From NCBI RefSeq assembly GCF_009914755.1, contig NC_060931.1: a DNA stretch of 64,000 nucleotides. One strand, written 5' to 3'. Below are positions 13,680-26,301 of the stretch, piece by piece. The notes below the pieces were generated by a model, which was not told the DNA's origin, did not search any database, and worked only from the letters and a program-made list of their open reading frames with translations. The translations under genes were made by a program, and so were the position numbers. Every line of letters begins with the position of its first letter. The first letter of the stretch is position 1. This stretch comes from the human T2T-CHM13v2.0 reference genome, Homo sapiens.

Positions 13680-13835
13680 GATAGCTAACATTTACTGAGT
13701 CCTTACAACATTACAAATACTCTTCCAGTTCTTTATATTACTTGATTAAAATCTCACAAAACCCTAAGAACTAGGTACTGTTATTATCACTATTTTATAG
13801 ACGAAGAAAGTAAGGTTTGAAGAATTTGAGTAGAT
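13680..13835 (-). mobile_element. MIR
   Basis: CTCACAAAACCCTAAGAACTAGGTACTGTTATTATCACTATTTTATAGACGAAGAAA core. Confidence 0.75.
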
Positions 13836-14711
13836 AATGGAGTAGAGATTTAAATATATACCTTCTGAGTTATTAATGACTCTGCTAAGCTCTTTTTTTC
13901 ACTTGGCTAAAAACCTAAAAAAGTGAATTAAGCTTGTAGATTTGGAAGGAATACATTTATTAAAAATTTACTGAGTGGCTAATGTTTGCAGCATAATTGT
14001 AGTAGCAAAGTAGGCTAGATACTAATGCAGGTAAAATATAGTTGCTTAGTTAAGTAAACTTTTCATCCAGCAAATTAGACAAGAAAGAGCTAAGCTAATT
14101 AAAATGTAAGGTAGTGGGTATTGTGCTATACTACAAGTACAAATTGAATAGCAGGCTCAGAAGTATAAATTTATAATTTTTCTTATAGCATCAGATAAAG
14201 CGTTATGGAAAAGGTGACAATCGAGCATGCCCTTGAAGATTTGTGGAAGGCTTGGACAAGTACAGTCATGGAGATGCAGTTTCAGGGTAGAGGAAAATGT
14301 ATGCGTCACAGAAAAGAAAGGCCAGGCTTGTTTCTAAATTGCTTATTTTAGTAAGGGAGGGAGACAGTTTGAAGTTTTCATAGCGTGAAGGTAGCATAGA
14401 ATCATATAATATTAGATTTGGATGAGTCTACAGAGATTGTTTCCTCTACAGAATTTTCAGTGATGTAGAAATCAAATCCCAAATAAATATTTTGCATCTA
14501 TTTTATTTGTATGAGTGCTTATTGCAGAAGGAAAGAAGGTTGCAAGAGAAACATTAACTTGAAAAAGGAAAATGACATTCATCTTATGGATGAAATAATT
14601 ATTTATAGATGAAATTTCATCTTATATAATAATTGAATGTTCAATTTGGGAATTTGCATTCCCGTGAAGAGCCAATGAAGTTTTTTCTTTAAGTATGCTT
14701 GGCAGTCTATG

Positions 14712-14900
14712 CTGGTCTCTGGACTCAGACCAGAATTTAAATTCTACTTCTCACCTCTAGCACTCACTAACTGTATGATTTGGGGCAAGTTCATTAATCT
14801 GTCGGCTAATGGTAAAACTATTTCCCTCAAAGATTTACTTGAATATAGCTTAGATATTGTACGTGAATTGTTTAGCTAATATGTGGCATGGAGTAAGGAT
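14712..14900 (+). mobile_element. MIR
   Basis: CTGGACTCAGAC...ACTAACTGTATGATTTGGGGCAAGTT. Confidence 0.65.
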
Positions 14901-14949
14901 ATCATTGTCACATTCAAGTTTTATATCCATGGCTTGATAAAATTGGGTT

Positions 14950-15890
14950 TTAGAATAATAACTGATGACAATGTAGGTCATATTTTTCAAGATGTAGAAA
15001 TTGGAAACAGGTTGGGAGACATTATAAAATACCAAGAAAGAGGTGAAAAGTTACTAAACGGGATAATTAAGAGAAGAAATGAGTCAGAACCCATAGAATG
15101 TGGCCACTGATTAGATATGGAGAGTTCATAAAGGAAGTGTAGACAATAACCCTGATCCTCAAAGCATGAATGACTAAGAGAATAGTGAAGACATTGCTTG
15201 ACACAGGGTGCAAGAGTCAAGACACAGGTTGGGAATGTGCTTGAGGAGTTTCAGATTGTACAATTTGTGGGAGGTCTTTTGAAGGTAGCTGGAAAGATTT
15301 AAAGATTAAGAGGGAATCTGGAATTAGAAAACAAGCCCAAGAGTAATCTGTGGAATTAAAAATCATATCTGTGAAAGGACGTTGTAGGAAGGTCTGCAAA
15401 ATAGAAAAGGATGAGGAAAGAGAAGATAGCAAAGAAGAGTGAAAATTGCAAAAAAGTTCATCAACTGAGTGTATAGCAAGGAAGTGATGACATGATTTCC
15501 ACAAAAAGGCACTGTTCAGTGTTCTGCTGCTGCAGAAAGGGAAAAACACTAGGAAGTGCCTACTGGATTTATATTGCTGACTTTTAGGATGGCAAATACT
15601 TTTTAAAAATATTGAGATTGAAGACAGTTTGTCTTAAATTGTGGAATGACCAGAAGAAGATTAGAAGCAGGATATAACCAACATTTTAGTTTCCACAGTT
15701 TAGTACAAAAGATGGCGTAATGAGGGCAAGTAGCATTCAGGTCAGGTTTATTTTTATACAGAATGTCTGAGTATTTATGAAGAATGGTCCACAGGTGAAA
15801 AATGAAGATACATAAAGATCCTCAGGGGAAGCTTTTTTGAACATGACATAGGGTAACATCAGGTGTAAAGTCTGAAGGATTTACTCTGAA
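14950..15890 (-). mobile_element. Decayed L2
   Basis: Purine-rich plus strand with L2-like motifs (CACTGATTAGATATGG, ACTGGATTT). Confidence 0.45.
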
Positions 15891-17201
15891 AAATAACAAG
15901 AATAGGGCGGGGCCAAGATGGCCGAGTAGAAGTGGGCGATCCGAGGCTCCCATCAAAAAGAACCATAACAGCATGCAAATCCTGCACCAGCAACTGAGGT
16001 ATCCAGGTTCTGTCATCAGAATTGACTAGGCTGCTGGTGTGACCCATAGAGAGGAAGGAAGAGCAGTGTGGTGAGGTGGCCCACCTGAGAGCCACGTGGG
16101 GCAGGAGCCAAGAGAGGTGGTGAGTGAGCATCCTACCCAGCCTAGGAAAACGTGCTTCTCCCACGGAACTGTACAACCCATGGATCAGAATATCCCACTT
16201 GTTAGCTCATGCCACTGGGGCCCACGTTCCCAACCACGAAGTGGTGCAGATTCTCTACAGCTGCTAAGCTAGAATCTGCTTAAGCCTGCCGAGTTCCCGG
16301 AGGGGAGGAGCAACTAGCACCACAGCTGTGGCTGCCTGCTGTCTAAGCAGCTTGAGCTCCCTGGGGAAGGAGTGACAGCCAACACTGGAACTGATATCTG
16401 CCTAAGACATTAAGCTTCCAGGACCGGGGAAGGGCGGCAGCCATCTCTATAGTTCCAGGTGGTGCTTTTTCCCTGCTGAAGCCAGGGAGGCTGGATGGCT
16501 TGGTCCCAAGAGGTATCACCCACAGCCCAACACACTGGCTGTGACAGACTGTGGACAGAGTGCCTCTTCAGGCCTGACCTTGATCCATTCCTCCTCACTG
16601 GGTGGGGCCTCCCTGCAGGAACTCTGACAACTCCAGCCAAGGGCTCAGGAACAGAACTCTGATCTCCCTGGGCCTGAGACCCTAGCGGGAGGGATGGCCA
16701 CAGTCTCCACAGACCAGCGAACTTAGTCTTTCCTCCTGCTAGTTCTGAGGAATCCAGGCAGCCCAGATGAGCGGGTTTCTCTCGGTGAAGCACATCCCCT
16801 CTACCAAGGGACAAAGTGCTTCGTTAAATGGGTCCTGCTCCCCGTGCCAACCAATTGGGTGAGAACCTCCAACAGTGGCTGTCAGACAGCCTAAACAGGA
16901 GCATTCCTACTGGCATCAGGCCAGTGCCCCTCGATGTCAGAGATCCCAGAGGAAAGAGCAGGTAACCATCTTTGCTGTTCTCCAGCCTCCTTGAGTGACA
17001 ACTCCACGTGCAGGAGTGAACCAGATGAACAGGGCCTGAAGTGAACCCCCAGCAAACCACAGCAGCCCTACAGAAGGGGGACCTGCCCACTGCAAGAAAA
17101 TCAAACAGAAAGCAACAACAACAGTATTAACAAAAAAAGTCACAGAAACCCCATCCAAGGGTCAGTAGCCCCAAAGATTGATACTAGACAAACTCATGAA
17201 G

Positions 17202-18340
17202 ATGAGAAAGAATCAACAACAACAACAACAAAAAATACTGAAAACCCAAAAGGCCAGAGTGCTTCCTCTCCAAATGATTGCAATGCCTCTCTCTCCAGCA
17301 AGGGTGCAGAACTGGACAGAGGACAAGATGGACAAATTGACATAAGTAGGCTTCAGAAGGTGGGAAATAACAAATTCTGCTGTGCTAAAGGAGCATGTTC
17401 TAACCCAATGCAAAGAAAGTAAGAACCTTGATAAAAGGTTACAGGACTGTTAACTAGAATAACCAGTATAGAGAGGAACATAAAGGACCTGATGGAGCTG
17501 AAAAACACAGCACTAGAACTTTGTGAAGCACACACAAATATCAATAGCTGAATCCACCAAGTGGGAGAAAGGATATCAGAGTTTGAAGACCATCTTGATA
17601 ATAAGATAATAAAGGCATGCAGACAAGATTAGAGAAAAAAGAATAAAAAGAAACAAACAAAACCTCCTAGAAACATGGGACTATGTAAAAAGACCGCACC
17701 TATGATTGACTGGAGTACTGAAAGAGACAGGAAGAATGTAACCAAGTTGGAAAACACACTTCAGGATATTATCCAGGGGGAACTTCCCCAATTTAGCAAG
17801 AAAGGCCAACATTTAAATTCAGGAAATACAGAGAACATCACTAAGATACTTCACGAGAAAATCAACCCTAAGAAACATAATCATCATATTCTCCAATGTC
17901 AAAATGAAGGAAGAAATGTTAAGGGCAACAAGAGAGGAAGGCCCGATCACCTACTCCTCGAGAGGAGCAACGCCAAGACCCATAATCATCAGATTTACTA
18001 AGGTTGAAATAAAAGAAAAAATGTTAAGGACAGCCAGAGGGAAAGGTTGGGTTACTCACAAAGGGAAGCCCATAGTGGCAGACCTCTCAGCAGAAATTCT
18101 ACAAGTCAGAAGAGACTGGGGGCCAATATTCAACATTCTTAAAGAAAAGAATTTTCAGTCCAGAGTTTTATATCCAGCCAAACTAAGCTTCATAAGTGAA
18201 GGAGAAATAGCATCCTTTCCGGACAAGCAAATGATGAGGGATTTTGTAACCCACCAGGCCTACCTTGCAAAAGCTCCTGAAGGAAGCACTAAATATGGAA
18301 AGGAAAAACTGGTACCAGCCACTGCAAAAACACACCAAAA
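17202..18340 (+). pseudogene. L1 ORF1 remnant (frameshifted)
   Basis: DLSAEILQVRRDWGPIFNILKEKNFQSRVLYPAKLSFISEGEI is the ORF1p C-terminal domain. Confidence 0.9.
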
Positions 18341-18405
18341 TATAAAGACCAATGACACAATGATGAAACTGCAACTAGTGTGCAAAATAACCAGATAGAA
18401 TCGTG

Positions 18406-20167
18406 ATGACAGGATCAAATTCACAAATAACGATATTAACCTTAAATGTAAATGGGCTAAATGCCCCAATTAAACAACACAGAATAGCAAATTGGATAGA
18501 GTCATGACCCATCAGTGTGCTGTATTCAGGAGACCCATCTCATGTGCAAAGACGCACATAGGTTCAAGGTAAAAGGATGAAGGAAAATTTACCAAGCAAA
18601 TGGAAAGCAAAAAAGAAAAAAGGCAGGGGTTGCAATCCTAGTCTCTGACAAAACAGACTTTAAACCAACAAAGATCAAAAAAGATGAAAAAGGGCATTAC
18701 ATAATGGTAAATAGATCAGTTCAACAAGAAGAGCTAACTATCCTAAATATACATGCACCCAACACAGGAGCATCCAGATTCATAAAGCAAGTTCTTAGAC
18801 ACCTACAAAGAGACTTAGATTCCCACACATTAATAGTAGGAGATTGTAGCATCCTACTGTCAATATTAGACAGATCAATGAGACAGAAAATTAACAAAGA
18901 TATTCAGGACTGAAACTCAGCTATGGATCAAGTGGACCTAATACACATCTACAGAACTCTTCACCCCAAATCAACAGAATATACATTCTTCTCAGTGCCA
19001 CATGACACTTATTCTAAAATCAACCATATAATTGGAAGTAAAAGACCCCTCAGCAAATGCAAAAGAACTGAAATTATAACAAACAGCCACTCAAACCACA
19101 GTGTAATCAAATTAGAACTCAAGATTAAGAAACTCACTCAAAACCACATGGAAATTGAACTACCTGCTCCTGAGAGACTCCTGGGTAAATAATGAAATTA
19201 AGGTAGGAATCAAGAAGTTCTTTGAAACAATTGAGAACAAAGAGACACTGTGCCAGAATCTCTGAGACACAGCTAAAACAGTGTTAAGAGGGAAATTTAT
19301 AGCACTAAATGCCCACATCAGAAAGCTAGAAAAATCTTAAATCGACACCCTGACATACAATTAAAAGAGCTAGAGAAGCAAGAGCAAACAAAACCCAAAG
19401 CTAGCAGAAGACAAGAACAACTAAGATCAGTAGAACTGAAGGAGGTAGAGACACAAAAAAACACTCGAAGTCAATGAATCCAGGAGACTATTTTTTGAAA
19501 AAATTAATAAAATAGACCATTAGCTAGATTAATAAAGGAGAGAGAATCAAATAGACACAGTAAAAAATGATAAAGGGGATATCACCACTGACCCCACAGA
19601 AATACAGACTATCAGTGAATACTATAAACAACTCTGTGCAAATAAAATAGAAAATCTAGAAGAAATGGATAAATTCCTGGACACATACATGCTCCCAAGA
19701 CTAAACCACGAAGAAGTCAAATTCCTAAATAGACCAGTAACAAATTCTGAAATTGAGGCAGTAATTAATAGCCTACCAACCAAAAAAAGCCCAGGACAAG
19801 ATGGATTCACAGCTGAATACTACCAGAGATACAAAGAAAAGCTGGTACCATTCCTTCTGAAGCTATTCCAAACAACTGAAAAGGAGGGACCCCTCCCTAA
19901 CTCATTTTATGAGTCTAGTATCATCCTGATACCAAAACCTGGCAGAGACACAACAAAAGAATAAAACTTCAGGCCAATATCTCTGATGAACATTGATGTA
20001 AAAATCCTCAGTATGATACTGGCAAACTGAATCCAGCAGCACATCAAAAAGTTTATCCACAATGAAGAAGTCAGTTTCATCCCTGACATGCAAGGCTGGT
20101 TCAACATATGAAAATCAATCAATGTAATTCATCACATAAACAGAACAAATGACAAAAACCACATGAT
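18406..20167 (+). pseudogene. L1 ORF2 remnant: endonuclease to start of RT, truncated at the chimeric junction
   Basis: [44 protein letters not shown]; multiple stops. Confidence 0.9.
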
Positions 20168-21285
20168 CTAAAATTCATATGGAACCAAAAAGAGCCCCCA
20201 TAGCCAAAGCAAGACTAATCAAAATGAACAAATCTGGAGGCATCACACTACCTGATTTCAAATTATACTGTAAGGCCGTAGTCACCAAAACAGTGTGGTA
20301 TTGGTATAAAAATAGGCACATAGACCAATGGAACAGAATGGAGAACCCAGAAATAAATAGAAATACTTACAGCCAACTAATCTTCAACAAAGCAAACAAA
20401 AACATAAAGTGGGGAAAGGACACTCTTCAACAAATGGTGCTGGAATGATTGGCTCGCTTCATGTAGGAGAATGAAACTGAATCCTCATCTCTCACCTTAT
20501 AGAAAAATCAACTCAGGATTGTTTAAGGACTTAAACCTAGGACCAGAAACTATAAAAATTCTAGAAGATAACATTGGAAAAACCCTTCTAGACTTTGGCT
20601 TAGGCAAGAATTTCATGACCAAGAACCCAAAAGCAAATGCAATAAAACAAAGATAAATAGCTGGGACCTAATTAAACTAAAGAGCTTTTGCATGGCAAAA
20701 GGAACAGTCAGCAGACTGAATGGACAACTCACAGAGTGGGAGAATATATCTTCACAATCTGTACATCTGACAAAGTACTAATATCCTGGATCTACAATGA
20801 ACTCAAATCAGCAAGGAAAAAAAAAAGTGGGCTAAGGACATGAATAGACAATTCTCAAAAGAAGATATACAAATGGCCAACAAACATATGAAAAAATGCT
20901 CAACATTACTAATGTTCAAGGAACTGCAAATCAAAACCACCATGTGACACCACCTTACTGCTGCAAGAATAGCCATAATCAAAAAATTAAAAAAAAAACA
21001 GTAGATGTTGGTGTAGATGCAGTGATCAGGGAACACTTCTACACTGCTGGTGCAAATGTAAACTAGTATAGCCACTATGGAAAACAGTGTGGAGATTCCT
21101 TAAAGAGCTAAAAGTAGAGCTACCATTTGATCCAGAAATCCCACCACTGGTTATCTACCCAGAGGAAAAGAAGTCATTATTCGAAAAAGATACTTGCACA
21201 CACGTTTATAGCAGCACAATTTACAATAGCAAAATCGTGGAGCCAACCCAAATGCCTATCAATCAACGAGTGGATAAACTGTGGT
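20168..21285 (+). mobile_element. L1PB-type ORF2 C-terminal segment embedded in the L1PA element
   Basis: CTAAAATTCATATGGAACC, AACATAAAGTGGGGAAAGGAC and TTCATGACCAAGAACCCAAAAGCAAATGC closely match the L1PB at 42680-43525, not the host. Confidence 0.8.
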
Positions 21286-21420
21286 GTGTGTGTATATATA
21301 TATATCTATATATATATATATATATATACACATATATATATATCTATATATATATATACACATATATATATATCTATATATATATATACACACATATATA
21401 TATATCTATCTATTTATATG
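21284..21420. repeat. Compound (TA)n microsatellite with a ~28-30 bp higher-order unit
   Basis: TATATATATATACACATATATATATATC repeated about three times. Confidence 0.95.
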
Positions 21421-21651
21421 CAGGTCTAATATTCATAATCTACAAGGAACTTAAATCTACAAGAAAAAAATTCCATCAAAAAGTGGGCAAAGGATATGAA
21501 CAGACACTTCTCAAAAGAAGACACTTACATGGCTAACAAACATACGAAAAAAAGCTCAACATCACTGATCACTACAGAAATGTAAATCAAAACCACAACG
21601 AGATACCATCTCATGCCGGTCAGGATGGTGATTATTAAAAAGTCAAGAAAC

Positions 21652-21930
21652 ATCCCAGCACTTTGGGAGGCCAAGGCAGGTGGATCACCTGAGGTCAGGA
21701 GTTCGAGACCAGCCTGGCCAACATGGTGAAACCCTGTCTCTACTAAAAATACAAAAATTAGCTGGGTGTGGTGGCTGGTGCCTGTAATCCCAGCTACTCA
21801 GGAGGCTGAGGCAGGAGAATTGTTTAACCCAGGAGACAGAGGTTGCAGTGAGCCAAAATCATGCCAGTGCACTCCAGCCTGGGTGACAAGAGCAAGACTC
21901 CATCTAAAAAAAGAAAGAAAGAAAGAAAAA
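21652..21930 (+). mobile_element. 5'-truncated AluS (Sq/Sx-like) inside the L1PA
   Basis: Starts at ATCCCAGCACTTTGGGAGG; GGATCACCTGAGGTCAGGAGTTCGAGACC; (AAAG)n tail. Confidence 0.9.
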
Positions 21931-23327
21931 AGCAACAATAGATACTGGCAAGGCTGTGGAGAAATAGGAATGCTTTTACACTGTTGGTGGGAATGTAAAT
22001 TCATTCAATCATTGTGGAAGACAGTGTGGCAATTCCTCAAGGATCTATAAGAAGAAGTACCGTTTGACCCAGCAATGGAATTGCTGGGTATATACTCAAA
22101 GGATTATAAATCATTTTACTGTAAAGACACATGCACCTGTATGTTTATTGCAGCACTATTTGCAATAGCAAAGACATGGAACCAACAAAAATGCCCATCA
22201 GTGACAGACTGGATAAAGAAAATGTGATCATAAAAAGAAACGAGATCATGTCCTTTGCCAGGGACATGGGTGAAGCTGGAAGCCATCATCCTCAGCAAAC
22301 TAACACAGGAACAGAAGACCAAACACCACATGTTCTCACTCATAAGTGGGAGTTGAATAATGGGAAAACATGGACACAGGGAGGGGAACAACACACACTG
22401 GGGCCAGTTGGGGGGTTTGGGGGCAAGGGGAAGGGAGAGCATTAGGACAAATAGCTGATCCATGTGGGGCTTTAAACCTAGATAATAGGATGATAGGTGC
22501 AGCAAACCACCATGGCACACATATACCTATGTAACAAACCTACACGTTCTGCACTTGTATCCCGGAAATTAAAAAAAATAAAAAATAAAAATAACAAGAA
22601 TACTTGGTCCTCTGACATAATAGAGAATGATAACATAATGGGCAGATACACAAATGAATTGAACTTGGTGGCAGGTAAGCTGAGCTAGTTAATACGGGAT
22701 GAATTCATTTTTCATCAAAAAAGAGATCAACCACTGGTGTGAAGAAGCAGATGTTGCATTCATGAGACAGCAACTCTATGTAAGAAAACAAACTAAGAAA
22801 GACTAATCAGTTATATTACAGTTGCATTTAATATAGAAGATACCATGAATTTTTAGAGCTGCCAATAGTTGCAGTGTGTGTGTATACACACATATATATA
22901 CATACACACTATAGATAATGTATATTAAGTACATACTATTTATTCTATAGATATAATTTTTTATTGCTTTGGATTAAAAGCTGAAGAATATAAAATGCTT
23001 GTTTTCAATGAAATGTAATTGATGAAGAAAATATGGTGGGATATAAAGAAAGAGAAGTTCCTGACCTCTAGGGAGAAGATTTGATATGGCCAACATGAAG
23101 TCTTGATATAGATGTGAAGAGTGTTAAGAAGTAGGAACAATCATGAAGCTAAAAGGAAATTTTAAAACAAGATATGGAGTGGCAGAGGTGGAAGCATTGT
23201 CCATTAACAGAGATAATTCTCAGCACTTGAGATTTAGAGAAAGAAGCATTTTGAACTATGGTGAGATAATTTGTAATGTGATGTATGAATATTTTTCATG
23301 AAGAACAGGACATAGGGGCAGTAAAGG

Positions 23328-24560
23328 TTTTTAAAGCTTTATTAAGATATAAATCATGTAACATACATGCCATTATTTAAAGTATGCAATTAAATTGTTA
23401 TTAGTATAGTCATAGGGCTGCATAACAATCATCACATGAATTTTAAACATTATTGCCCCTGCCCAAAAGAAATCCCTTAGCAGTCATTAGCAGTCACTGC
23501 TCTTCCTCTCTCCTTATCACCCCTTCCCATCTTTTCCCTACCAAGCCCTAAACAATTGCTAATCTAATTTCTGTCACTATATATTTGCTTATTCTGGAAT
23601 TTCATAGCAATCAAATCATACAGTATATATTCTTTTGTTGACTGTTGTCTTTTACTTACTGTAATGTTTTAAAGGTTCATCATGTTATAGCGTGTATCAT
23701 ACTTCATTCCTTTATGTTCCCATATTTTTTTGTGTGGATTGATCACATTCTTTATTCATCCATCAGATTATGGACATTTGGATTATTTCCACTTCATTTA
23801 CTATTATAAATAATGCTTCTATGACCATTCATTTACATTTTTGTGTGAATGCATTTTTCCATTCTCTTGAATGGGTATAAGCCTAGAAGTAGAATTTTTG
23901 GGCCACAGGTATCTGTATGTTTAACACTTTGAGCATCTGCTAACATGACTTACAAAGCAGACGCAACATTTTACTTTGCCCACAGCAGTGTATGAGGCTT
24001 CCAATTTCTTCACATCCTTGTCAACACTTCTTATTGTCTGTCATTTTGATTATAGCCATCTTAGTGGATGGGTGTGAAGTGCTATCTCATTGTGGTTTTG
24101 ATTGACTTAGTAGATAAACATCTTTGAATCTGTTCATTGGTCATTTGTATATCTTCTTTGGAGCAACATTGATTCAAATATTAATACTTTTCCAGTTTTT
24201 AAGATTGGTTATTTACCTTTTTATTATTGAATTATGGAAGTCCTTATTTACTTTGGATATATAAGTCCCCTATCAAAAATATATCTGCATGTATTTTCTC
24301 CCATTGTGTGGCCTGCTTTTTTACTTTCTTGATAGTATCATTTGCATAACAAAAGTTTTATTGTTAATAATGTTCCATCTATTTTATATTTTGTCATTTG
24401 TGTTTTATTGTCATACTTAAGAAATTATTGTACAACCCTAATTTAATTATATTTAATTAACCCTAATTAAATTTAAATAAAGGATTTAATTTTGATTGCT
24501 CTTTACATACTTAGCTCATATATAGGTGTATTATTTATTTTTAATTAATTTTTTAATATG
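23328..24560 (-). mobile_element. L1MB-like 3' fragment
   Basis: AGCTTTATTAAGATATAA 3' end; TTTTGATTATAGCCATCTTAGTGG...TATCTCATTGTGGTTTTGATT. Confidence 0.8.
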
Positions 24561-24577
24561 GTCAAATTTTTTGAGTA

Positions 24578-24996
24578 TAGACAATCACAGAATGGGAGAA
24601 AATATTTGAAAAATTATGTAATCTGACAACATACTTGCATCCTGAATATATAGAGACTCTTACAACTCAATGATTAAAAAAAAAAACAATTAAAAATGGA
24701 CAAAGTATATAAGCCAATATTTCAAGAAATACATAAAAAGATGCTCAAATCAATACCAATTTGGGAAATGTAAAGCATAAGATATCAATTCATAGCCAAT
24801 ATGATGGCTGTATCAACAAGATGGACAATAGTGTTTTGGTAAGTAATTAGATCCTTCGTATGCTCCAAGTAGGAATGTAAAATGCTGTAGCTTCTTGGAG
24901 AATAGTTGGACAGTTCTTCAGAAAGATAAACCTCTATTTACCAATGGCTCAGCCATTCTACTTCTAGGCATATATCCTAGAGAAATGAAAACATGT
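24578..24996 (+). mobile_element. L1M ORF2 C-terminal fragment
   Basis: CACAGAATGGGAGAAAATATTTG...ATATCCTAGAGAAATGAAAACATG. Confidence 0.75.
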
Positions 24997-25019
24997 TGTA
25001 GTGAAGGTTTATTAGTCTA

Positions 25020-25540
25020 TTTTCCTGGGGAAATGTAAAGGAAGAAGATTAGTTGGAAAAGCCACAACTACTGTAGCTGGTTTCCAAAAGTAACTGATGT
25101 TCACCATTTCCCTCCTACACTACTCACTCTGGATTGCCACCATCCTGAGAAAATACCGCTGCTGGTCTTGGTGACTTCCCTGGTGGTGACACCTTGAGGG
25201 GTCTGAATCTTTGGTTACCATGCCCTTCTTGGTCAGTGGTTACTGCACTTGTCATTTGCCTTCACAGTTAGACAGCGGAATACTGAAAACTAGACCCACA
25301 AAGCTTAGAGTTATGGAAAAGGGAAATACAAGTTTTGTGAGTAGATTACTGGGAAGTTAGTACAGCCACATCTACTTCTGCTCTTTGTTCCTGAACCTAT
25401 GCATGCTGCTTACTGGGGACACAGCACTGTATAACAATCATTGACTAAAGGTTTCTACTGTGTCTTGGAAGTTAGATTTCTATTCTCAAAGGATAAGTTC
25501 TCCAAACTTGTGCCTCAGCTACAACTTCATTGTGCAGTTT
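25020..25540 (-). mobile_element. Ancient ERVL-internal fragment (dUTPase/3' region)
   Basis: TGAGGGGTCTGAATCTTTGG...TTCACAGTTAGACAGCGGAATACT resembles the ERVL 3' region at 56650-56740 in this window. Confidence 0.45.
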
Positions 25541-25553
25541 CATTGTTGTATAA

Positions 25554-25784
25554 CAGCTTTTCTTAACCTCAGCACTATTGACATTTTGGTCTATATGTGT
25601 ATATATAGACCAAATATATATATATATATACAGATTTTGTTATGGGACTGTTCTGTGCATTGTAGAATGTTTATCAACATTTCTGGCCTTCACCCATTAG
25701 GTGCCAGTAGTATAACCAAAAGTATCTCCAAGCATTGCCAAATGTCCCCCAGAGGGGAAAACTGCCTGTGATCGAGAAGCACTG
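25554..25784 (+). mobile_element. MER20 (hAT-Charlie) with an internal TA tract
   Basis: CTTAACCTCAGCACTATTGACATTTTGG...CATTGCCAAATGTCCCC...GAGAAGCACTG. Confidence 0.85.
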
Positions 25785-26129
25785 ATGTAGAGTTTATAAT
25801 TACATCTAGCACTTTTACAAGCAGAAATTACTTACATGCACACACAGAGCTTCTCCTGACCTTACCAGCCTGTGGGTACAAATTGTATAATGTTAAGTTT
25901 CATAACCCAAATTTCAGTAAATTTTTAACCATCTACTCATGTAAGATCCAGACCTCTGTTTTAGACCTTATTAGTGCTTCATACTTTCTAGTTTAAGAAG
26001 GGGACAACTGTGATTGGTTGGGGGTCATATCATGAGTCCTAACCAGAGATGTCTGTCACTGCCAGGCTGAAGACTTTGTCAATGTATAGTTTCCAGGTTC
26101 TCTTTTTCAACTTCATTAACTGAGGTTGC

Positions 26130-26301
26130 AACTAGAGGAAGCTGGAGACTGCATTAGCCCAGATCACTGACTTGCCTGGAGAACCTGTCTAGACCCACTA
26201 CACATTTTCTGTGAGTGAGAAACATCCATTTGCTGGGTTAAACCACTGAACATTTATAGTTGTTATGATAGTTCCGTGTAACTTAACCTATCCTGATTAA
26301 T
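26130..26301 (+). mobile_element. MLT1-type MaLR LTR 3' fragment
   Basis: GTGAGTGAGAAA...TTAAACCACTGA...CCTATCCTGATTAAT. Confidence 0.55.

Larger units (their letters stand above)
15905..22586 (+). mobile_element. Full-length L1PA8-like LINE-1, inactive and internally rearranged
   Basis: 5'UTR GGGCGGGGCCAAGATGGCCGA; ORF1 and ORF2 remnants; L1PA 3'UTR and A-tail; perfect 16-bp TSD AAAAATAACAAGAATA (15889-15904; 22587-22602). Confidence 0.93.

Noticed and set aside
15905-22586. Retrotransposition-competent L1
   Set aside because: Many stops and frameshifts, RT core absent, Alu inserted
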